From: a virus
Strand: one strand, 5' to 3'
DNA length: 5,592 nt
IMG/VR virus record: IMGVR_UViG_3300045988_015525
Location: 1-5,592 of that record
Shown here piece after piece: positions 1-4,891 of the stretch. The translations under genes and the position numbers were made by a program. The notes under the pieces were generated by a model. It saw nothing but the letters and a program-made list of their open reading frames with translations. It had not been told where the DNA came from and searched no databases. Positions within the stretch are counted from its first letter, which is position 1; each line of letters opens with the position of its first letter.

Positions 1-119
1 CGCCATACTCACCGCAACATAAAAAGCGGATCTTAGAATTATCATGGTAATCTAAATAGCGACGAAGTCGTTTAAAAAATAGCTGCAAATGGTCACGATG
101 CAGCGAGCGATCGGCTGGC
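1..119. repeat. Terminal redundancy, copy 1 (identical to 5474-5592). This is a circularisation overlap of a 5,473-nt genome.
   Basis: Base-by-base comparison of 1-119 with 5474-5592 shows 119/119 identity (offset 5473). The repeat lies inside one continuous reading frame (VP4). Confidence 0.95.
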
Positions 120-400
120 AAACAATCATCATTGTAAGTAAGCGTAATAAAGCAATTATGTAAATGCAGTTTAGCTTCATGTACACAACGAATAGCCCAG
201 TCATTAGCCTTGTCAAGACGGCAGCCAAGACATTGACCACACGGAACAACAACAGCAGAACCGGCAGCTAATTCATTTTTAGCATATTCCAAGGATTTGC
301 CAGCAAGATCACGATAAGACAAAAAATTAGAAAGCTCATATTTACCGTTAGCATTGGGAGAAATAGAGCGTTTCGCAAACAAAGGATGAAGGCAAGTCAT
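1..400 (-). CDS. VP4: Replication initiator VP4 (HUH rolling-circle endonuclease), 5' part. ATG at 400, runs off the window start and continues at 5473 on the circle. Full gene is 400..1 + 5473..4929 = 945 nt, 314 aa.
   Basis: My translation of the minus strand from ATG 400: MTCLHPLFAKRSISPNANGKYELSNFLSYRDLAGKSLEYAKNELAAGSAVVVPCGQCLGCRLDKANDWAIRCVHEAKLHLHNCFITLTYNDDCLPADRSLHRDHLQLFFKRL... There is no stop down to base 1. It is in frame with track ORF 4929..5561 (5561-5473=88; 400-88=312, a multiple of 3). The PCGQCxGCR cysteine cluster and FITLTY (motif 1) are typical of gokushovirus VP4. It is missing from the ORF track because it has no stop inside the window. Confidence 0.9.
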   Translation of the reverse strand, partial: MTCLHPLFAKRSISPNANGKYELSNFLSYRDLAGKSLEYAKNELAAGSAVVVPCGQCLGCRLDKANDWAIRCVHEAKLHLHNCFITLTYNDDCLPADRSLHRDHLQLFFKRLRRYLDYHDNSKIRFLCCGEYG

Positions 401-421
401 AATACACACACTTTCTCAACG

Positions 422-535
422 TTACATGCGGATACCACCACGCATATTACGTGATTTAAGATTCTTAAGACGTGGAACAGCGTGATTACGAAAATTACGG
501 CGAGATGCTCCACGAGAAATTTTACTTCTTCTCAT
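422..535 (-). CDS. 37-aa arginine-rich small basic protein, a likely DNA-binding/packaging protein (phiX174 J / chlamydiaphage ORF8-VP8 type)
   Basis: ATG 535..533, TAA 424..422. Translation: MRRSKISRGASRRNFRNHAVPRLKNLKSRNMRGGIRM (10 Arg, 3 Lys, no Asp/Glu). SD TAAGGAGTAAGAAAA precedes the ATG. It sits between the VP2-side genes and VP4 and is below the ORF-track length cutoff. Confidence 0.6.
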   Translation of the reverse strand: MRRSKISRGASRRNFRNHAVPRLKNLKSRNMRGGIRM

Positions 536-573
536 TTTTCTTACTCCTTAAATAAAGACCAAGACACAAGATG

Positions 574-843
574 TTAAGAATTTTTTCCCAAAAAGCGGGA
601 GTAGCTTTTTTCTTCCGTCGCTGCAGCTGCTGCGTGGCGAAAGCCATTTACGTCGTCTTGACCTCTTTTCTGCATATTAACAAGGTCATCCTGCACAGCA
701 AGTGAGATAGCTTTAAGACTTGAAGAGCCTTCACGGTCATACTTACCGGTGCGAAACATGTCAATAAAATCAACAACTTCCTGAATAAAAGGAATAACGG
801 TAGAAACGAGAAATGTCAGAATAGCAGTAGTTTTGTTGGACAT
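574..843 (-). CDS. Hypothetical 89-aa protein with a single N-terminal hydrophobic helix
   Basis: Track ORF. GAGGTGA SD lies 7-8 nt upstream of the ATG (coding strand aaaTGAGGTGATTAATTATG, where the TGA is the VP2 stop). Residues ~6-20 (TAILTFLVSTVIPFI) are hydrophobic and the rest is charged. I recognise no family motif. Confidence 0.6.
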   Translation of the reverse strand: MSNKTTAILTFLVSTVIPFIQEVVDFIDMFRTGKYDREGSSSLKAISLAVQDDLVNMQKRGQDDVNGFRHAAAAATEEKSYSRFLGKNS

Positions 844-854
844 AATTAATCACC

Positions 855-1652
855 TCATTTAGAAAAATAACTAGCAATACCGGAAAACAAACGATTAGCG
901 GCACGGCCAACAGTATTCCAAGGCAGGCCGTCATCTGAAAGGCCAAGATCTTTATAATCCTTATTACGAGAAGTCTTATAATCATAATCAGCCTTAGCAA
1001 CATAAGATAATTGATTATTATAAGCGGCGGAACTATTAGCGGCATTTCCTTGAGCAATCATCATATTAGCTTGAGCCGGCATAACAACATTGCGCTGATA
1101 AAGAGCATTTTGAGTTTGCTCATCAATTAACTGACCTTGTTTTTCAGCATTAAGTAAATTCTGTTTATACAAAGCAACATTGTCAGCATAAGTATCAGTA
1201 GCTAATTTATTAGCAATAGTTTTTCCAGCAGCTTCAGCTTCGAAATTTTTAGCAGTAGCAGCATTCAAAAGCACATCAGAATCTAACTTTTTAACAGTGC
1301 CTTCACCGACACGTTGAGCAGTATCAGCCTGCTTTTGAGCAGCCTTAGCAGAGCTACCAGCAGCCTGGGAAGACATACCAGCAGTAACTCCTTCACCTAG
1401 ATTATACTGACTAGCAAGGGCGGATGCACCGTTAACGGAACCACCAATACCAGAAGTAGCAGCAAGCATAGGGTTTAACCCGGCCTTTTGCATATCTTCC
1501 ATGGACCACTGATAACGATGCTGATAATTATATTGATTACGTTGATTAGCTACCGTTGCAGCATGACGATCAGCAGAGTTAGATAAAGCACCACCAATGA
1601 TAGACGCAATGCCACCAGTAACAGCTCCAAGAGCAGATCCAAGAAATGACAT
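855..1652 (-). CDS. VP2: Minor capsid / DNA pilot protein VP2
   Basis: 265 aa. It has a Gly/Ala-rich hydrophobic N-terminus (MSFLGSALGAVTGGIASIIGGALS), then NYQHRYQWSMEDMQKAGLNPMLA and a long Ala/Gln/Asn-rich helical region, which is the pattern I associate with gokushovirus VP2. It lies immediately downstream of VP1 with an AAGGAGTGA SD. Confidence 0.85.
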   Translation of the reverse strand: MSFLGSALGAVTGGIASIIGGALSNSADRHAATVANQRNQYNYQHRYQWSMEDMQKAGLNPMLAATSGIGGSVNGASALASQYNLGEGVTAGMSSQAAGSSAKAAQKQADTAQRVGEGTVKKLDSDVLLNAATAKNFEAEAAGKTIANKLATDTYADNVALYKQNLLNAEKQGQLIDEQTQNALYQRNVVMPAQANMMIAQGNAANSSAAYNNQLSYVAKADYDYKTSRNKDYKDLGLSDDGLPWNTVGRAANRLFSGIASYFSK

Positions 1653-1669
1653 AGAAAATCACTCCTTTT

Positions 1670-3310
1670 TTAGAAATGCCCCATCATACCGGGTATGCCA
1701 TACATAGGCATTGGACGAATACACTTAAGGTTAAATTTAACATCTAACAAAAAGTGAGGATAACTAGGAACAGCAACAACACGGCTAATGGGCGGATGGT
1801 CTTGAATAAACTCATCAGAAAGCGTAGGAAGCGTAGCAAACTTTTGAGAAAGATGCCAAACATCAAGAGGTTCTTTATAGGTCGAACGGAATTGACCGGT
1901 AATCAAAGACGGCTTGTAACGATATTCTGCGTAACGTTCCTGATAACCGAAAACTTTCTTGTCAGCGTCATTTCCTTGACAATAAATTTCAATGTTTTGA
2001 ATAGCCTGTTCGCCGAGATGAGCAAAAGACGGCCAATAAAAATCAAGCACATCAGAGCGCAGCCACATTTTATTAATACCTTGCTGGTAAGTCAAATCAG
2101 CACGAACATTAATAAGGCCTATGATATAACCAAATTCGCTAAAAGATTTAGTAAAGGCATGATACCTTTGAGCGTTAAGGCCATATGCAGCTAAATTACC
2201 TTGTGGAGAAGTAGAATCAGTAGAGCTAGTTTGAGTAACCGGATTAATATTCATCATGCTAGAATGAGAGCCGAGAAACTCCGGACGTTGCAAACGGGCG
2301 TCGGGATTCGTAACGCCGAAGTGAGCTTGCAGTTTTTCCGTATAACGTGTACCACCTCTAGCATCAATCTCGTAGTAGCGTTGCAGCATAAACGCTTGAC
2401 GAAGTGAATTAATAGTAACCATGGAAACATTAGAAAGATCAGCATAAACACCAGAATCATTTTTTAAATCAAGTTTATGCGTAAAATTTGCGTTATAGGA
2501 GCCAAAAGCAATCATGTTGTTAGGCCAATCAGCATTAACAGCACCGGAAAGAAAAGCAGATTTACCGGTAGAAGAATCAGTAAGCTTAATACCGGAATCC
2601 GACAAAACCGGAGCAGAACCGCCTAAAGGCAAATCAACAGCCGGGCCTTTTTGTGGCCACGGAAGAGCACCGGTAAAATAATCATATCTTTTTCCACGCG
2701 GGGCCGGGTCATACCAGTTAGATATACCGGACGGCAAGCCATAATTAGGGTTGGCGGTAGATTGTCCCATAGGTTCGAGCACAGTACTTGTTTCACCTTT
2801 ACTAACTTTAACAGATTTTTGTAAGTTCTCATCGCGGAACCACTCGTTCCATATAGTCCAGTAGCAGCGAAAAGGCAAGCAGTTAACGGAAATATTATTA
2901 AATGTACCAGAAGCGCAAGCGATACCCATATAATCGGGGAGCTTATTTGTCATATCGCCGGTCAAAGAAACAGTAGGTACAAGGTAGTCCGTCGAATCTT
3001 CTGGGTTCTCCTGCTCACCACATAAATTTACCCATTTATCATATACGAGCCTACTTGGAACAAAAAAGAAGAAAGACTCAATATAAATGTTATCCATAAA
3101 CGGCACAACCGGAGTAGCCAAACGGCAGAACTCCACAGGATTGAGAGTGAACGTATCGCCTGGAATAACTTCATCCACAAAGTAGGGGATGAGCTGGCCT
3201 TCGTTAAAAGTCGTCTTATAGACATGACTTCTATCAAAAACGGAACGGCGAATATTAGCTTGTGGAATCATCGCAAAGTGCGACTGATTAACACGGATAT
3301 TTCGAGCCAT
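1670..3310 (-). CDS. VP1: Major capsid protein VP1 (Microviridae F-type jelly-roll capsid)
   Basis: 546 aa. Motifs seen: N-terminal HFAMIPQANIRRSVFDRSH...TFNEGQLIPYFVDEVIPGDTF, DYFTGALPWPQKG, TINSLRQAFMLQRYYEIDARGGTRYTE, and C-terminal NLKCIRPMPMYGIPG. All are hallmark gokushovirus VP1 blocks. AAGGAG SD lies 9 nt upstream of ATG 3310. Confidence 0.95.
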   Translation of the reverse strand: MARNIRVNQSHFAMIPQANIRRSVFDRSHVYKTTFNEGQLIPYFVDEVIPGDTFTLNPVEFCRLATPVVPFMDNIYIESFFFFVPSRLVYDKWVNLCGEQENPEDSTDYLVPTVSLTGDMTNKLPDYMGIACASGTFNNISVNCLPFRCYWTIWNEWFRDENLQKSVKVSKGETSTVLEPMGQSTANPNYGLPSGISNWYDPAPRGKRYDYFTGALPWPQKGPAVDLPLGGSAPVLSDSGIKLTDSSTGKSAFLSGAVNADWPNNMIAFGSYNANFTHKLDLKNDSGVYADLSNVSMVTINSLRQAFMLQRYYEIDARGGTRYTEKLQAHFGVTNPDARLQRPEFLGSHSSMMNINPVTQTSSTDSTSPQGNLAAYGLNAQRYHAFTKSFSEFGYIIGLINVRADLTYQQGINKMWLRSDVLDFYWPSFAHLGEQAIQNIEIYCQGNDADKKVFGYQERYAEYRYKPSLITGQFRSTYKEPLDVWHLSQKFATLPTLSDEFIQDHPPISRVVAVPSYPHFLLDVKFNLKCIRPMPMYGIPGMMGHF

Positions 3311-3361
3311 TTTAAAAACTCCTTAATTTTAATAAACGACCGAAAAGCACGAGAACGGCAT

Positions 3362-3381
3362 TTTCGTTATCAAATACGAAA
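3362..3381 (-). other. Small stem-loop: 6-bp stem (TTTCGT/ACGAAA) with 8-nt loop ATTTGATA on the coding strand
   Basis: Plus strand tttcgt(3362-3367) tatcaaat(3368-3375) acgaaa(3376-3381). The arms are exact reverse complements. Confidence 0.5.
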
Positions 3382-3431
3382 TTAATAAAAGATAATTAGA
3401 AGCCCTTTTTTAAAGGGTTTTTCGTATTTTG

Positions 3432-3479
3432 TGTCACCTTGACCAGTTACTATCAAGTAGGTAACTGGTCAAGGTGACA
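3432..3479 (-). promoter_or_regulatory. Perfect 19-bp inverted repeat with 10-nt loop in the VP3-VP1 intergenic region. Candidate replication-origin stem-loop; alternatives are a complementary-strand origin or an RNA structure.
   Basis: 3432-3450 tgtcaccttgaccagttac is the exact reverse complement of 3461-3479 gtaactggtcaaggtgaca. The loop 3451-3460 is tatcaagtag, which reads CTACTTGATA on the coding strand. Confidence 0.6.
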
Positions 3480-3517
3480 GGGTTATTATTCTACATAAGT
3501 GAATATTAGCATATAAG

Positions 3518-3961
3518 TTATTTTTGCTCTAAATTACTCTCTCCTGCTACCGGAGTGACAGGTTCTACCGGACTATCTACAATAGCTTTAGGTTTTAGGC
3601 CTAACTCCTCTAGTCTGTTTGTAACCTTAGGATCAGTAGACGTTAGAGCATCAAGCAAGTTACGAGGATCATTACCAAATTCAGCACGAACATTAGAAGG
3701 CAAATCTGCAAACTCAGCATTTACATTAGCAACAAGGTTGCAAGCAGTTTCATAGTCCGGGAGCAAAGTAGTATCGCCATATTGCAAAGTTGCCGGATCA
3801 TGTGCGCCAACAGAATCTACAATGCCGGTAGTGTTAAAGTTAGCAATGATGTGATGAATATCGCATTCATCAGCATAAGTCTGATCAGCGAGTGAAGGCT
3901 GCGTAATTTCTACGTGCGGTTTTGGCGGTTGTTCGTCATAGAGCGTGTAAAACTTAGCCAT
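3518..3961 (-). CDS. VP3: Internal scaffolding protein VP3
   Basis: 147 aa. PSLADQTYADECDIHHIIANFNTTG ... YGD ... PDYETACNLVANVNAEFADLPSNVRAEFGNDPRNLL ... LEELGL matches the conserved gokushovirus VP3 pattern (PSLTDQS..ECDIN.I...F..TG; F..LP..(I/V)R..F.NDP..(F/L)L). GAAAGGAG SD lies upstream of ATG 3961. Confidence 0.85.
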   Translation of the reverse strand: MAKFYTLYDEQPPKPHVEITQPSLADQTYADECDIHHIIANFNTTGIVDSVGAHDPATLQYGDTTLLPDYETACNLVANVNAEFADLPSNVRAEFGNDPRNLLDALTSTDPKVTNRLEELGLKPKAIVDSPVEPVTPVAGESNLEQK

Positions 3962-4098
3962 AGCTTAAAATCTCCTTTCTTTACCCGACAAGGCACGAGT
4001 AACGATTTATGTAAGCGTAGGCCTGCGCCGTGTTACGAAGATATGATATAGACGGAGTGACCGACAGCAAAGCACAGTCATTTTGGCATAGCCAAAAT

Positions 4099-4494
4099 TT
4101 AAAAACAAAAAAGACGCTCAACATTACGCTGAACGCCTTTAATGTGTGGTATTACCACTTGCCTTATATGTAGTATACCACGAAATGAGAAAGCAGGCAA
4201 GCGTACGTTACAATTACATTTTAACACCCTCCGGGGGGGGGTCAATAGCTCCGTAGCGGTAGACAAGAGCAAAGTGGGATTTTGTGGGGAAAATTCGCAG
4301 GTTTTATCGTCGAACTCTCCGAGATACATCAGCACGAAGTCCTCGTGGTAATCATGGATAATATTAGAACGCTCCGGAGTGGACGGCTGGTTGACCATGA
4401 TCTGAAATTGACGAATAGCCATAGCATTATTTTGTTGGGTAAAAGGCGGGTTCATCAACTCGCCTTTTCTGTCATAAATACAGTAAAGTTTCAT
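4099..4494 (-). CDS. VP5: VP5-like non-structural protein. The ORF as given is 131 aa, but only residues ~1-87 look genuine. The tail after the C9 tract reads through regulatory sequence.
   Basis: N-terminal MKLYCIYDRKGELMNPPFTQQNNAMAIRQFQIMVN...HEDFVLMYLGEFDDKTCEF fits the small gokushovirus ORF5/VP5 pattern I recall (MK.F.IYD.K....PF......A.R.F...VN....P.DF.L...G.FDD.T). The AAGGAGTGA SD is embedded in the end of the upstream ORF. The C-terminal 44 codons overlap a promoter-like element and a terminator hairpin. Confidence 0.65.
   Translation of the reverse strand: MKLYCIYDRKGELMNPPFTQQNNAMAIRQFQIMVNQPSTPERSNIIHDYHEDFVLMYLGEFDDKTCEFSPQNPTLLLSTATELLTPPRRVLKCNCNVRLPAFSFRGILHIRQVVIPHIKGVQRNVERLFCF
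4101..4137 (-). terminator. Rho-independent terminator on the coding strand
   Basis: The coding-strand RNA is GGCGUUCAGC-GUAAU-GUUGAGCGUC followed by UUUUUUGUUUUU. This is a 10-bp stem (7 Watson-Crick plus 3 G-U pairs), a 5-nt loop and a U-tract. The three G-U pairs would be C-A mismatches in a plus-strand transcript, so the hairpin is specific to the coding direction. Confidence 0.6.
4172..4200 (-). promoter_or_regulatory. Promoter-like element P2: TTGCCT - 17 nt - TGgTATACT
   Basis: Coding strand: TTGCCT (4200..4195), 17-nt spacer, extended -10 TGG (4180..4178), TATACT (4177..4172). It shares the 10-mer TCGTGGTATA with promoter P1. Confidence 0.4.
4233..4241 (-). repeat. Homopolymer: G9 on the plus strand, C9 on the coding strand, inside VP5 codons 85-88
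   Basis: Direct count: 4233-4241 are all g. The coding strand reads ACC CCC CCC CGG. Confidence 0.95.
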
Positions 4495-4498
4495 GAAA

Positions 4499-4837
4499 TC
4501 ACTCCTTTAAACCATAAAGACGAGCAAAGTCGGAAATATGATAGTGTTTAAGGGAAAAACCGAACTGCTTGTTACAAGCAACATCATTAACTAGCGTAGC
4601 AATAAAGAGCTTAAAACGATGAAAGAAATCTTTGCTAGCGATATAATAAAAAGAATCATAAAGAAAGATAACATCATCATAGCGACCGTTATCACCTTTT
4701 ACACAATTAGCAGCACGATAACTGCGAGCCTGAGCATAAGAGGTAAAAATCAAATGACGAGGGATTTTCTCCAAAACTTCATAAACATTTTGCTGATCTT
4801 CAACAGGTAAACTAGAATCAAAATAATCTTTTAACAT
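4499..4837 (-). CDS. Hypothetical 112-aa protein (accessory gene, unknown function)
   Basis: This is track ORF 4499..4924 trimmed to ATG 4837, which is preceded by GTGAGGT 8 nt upstream. The TTG-initiated 29-codon extension would be encoded by the tandem decamers and the promoter hexamers. Protein: MLKDYFDSSLPVEDQQNVYEVLEKIPRHL... I recognise no motif and see no hydrophobic helix. Confidence 0.6.
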   Translation of the reverse strand: MLKDYFDSSLPVEDQQNVYEVLEKIPRHLIFTSYAQARSYRAANCVKGDNGRYDDVIFLYDSFYYIASKDFFHRFKLFIATLVNDVACNKQFGFSLKHYHISDFARLYGLKE

Positions 4838-4862
4838 ATTGCATACCTCACTTTCTGTATAT

Positions 4863-4891
4863 ATTATACCACGAGGAAACGCAACTGTCAA
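4863..4891 (-). promoter_or_regulatory. Promoter P1: consensus TTGACA - 17 nt - TGgTATAAT
   Basis: Coding strand: TTGACA (4891..4886), 17-nt spacer gttgcgtttcctcgtgg, TATAAT (4868..4863) with extended -10 TG at 4871..4870. Both hexamers match consensus 6/6 at optimal spacing, about 26 nt upstream of ATG 4837. Confidence 0.7.

Noticed and set aside
1-119. The terminal direct repeats as LTR/DTR-type ends of a mobile element or as att sites
   Set aside because: The repeat is internal to a single ORF and simply closes the circle. The window contains no integrase, transposase or flanking host genes.
770-1057. A very hydrophobic 95-aa alternative-frame ORF overlapping the VP2 3' end and the ORF89 start, which recalls the overprinted phiX174 E lysis gene. 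Similar hydrophobic alternative-frame ORFs lie at 52..252, 2254..2460, 2623..2832 and 3028..3237.
   Set aside because: The genuine genes are strongly T-rich at codon position 3. Shifting the frame puts that T at codon position 2, which automatically yields Ile/Leu/Phe/Val-rich products. That explains why every alternative-frame ORF here looks membrane-like. The 770..1057 ORF starts at TTG, and its first ATG has AAGGAA only 0-2 nt upstream, which is bad spacing. An E-like gene cannot be fully excluded without an expression test or evidence of dual-frame conservation in relatives.
1754-2194. Plus-strand ORFs in the track: 1754..2194 (146 aa), 2201..2407, 3555..3755, 4142..4351, 4282..4551 and 4619..4810
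   Set aside because: All are antisense to well-supported minus-strand genes. Their sequences are low-complexity and Arg/Lys/Ile/Asn-rich, typical of shadow frames, and they lack SD motifs. Microviridae transcribe one strand only.
3403-3422. CCCTTT-ttt-AAAGGG hairpin followed by TTTTT, which looks like an intrinsic terminator for the plus strand
   Set aside because: The stem is only 6 bp and half A-T, with a 3-nt loop. Nothing credible is transcribed on the plus strand. On the coding strand it is not followed by a proper U-tract. It may simply be part of the structured ssDNA intergenic region.
4043-4070. Possible third promoter TTGCTG-16-TATCAT upstream of VP3
   Set aside because: The -35 matches only 3/6 and there is no extended -10. 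Such matches are expected by chance in AT-rich DNA. It is kept only as a fallback source of VP3-VP1-VP2 transcripts if P2 read-through is not the answer.
3976-4125. 49-aa minus-strand ORF (MLSVFFVFKFWLCQ...) starting at an ATG that spans the terminator loop and 3' arm, and running through the VP3 leader
   Set aside because: It has no SD, and its start codon is sequestered in the terminator stem-loop. Its hydrophobic composition is explained by the U-tract and T-rich leader. It is most likely fortuitous.
4214-4232. GGAGG-N8-ATG-TAA start-stop mini-ORF just after the C9 tract
   Set aside because: It is fully explained as the tail of the +1 (C10) VP5 frame, and there is no independent evidence for a regulatory start-stop element.
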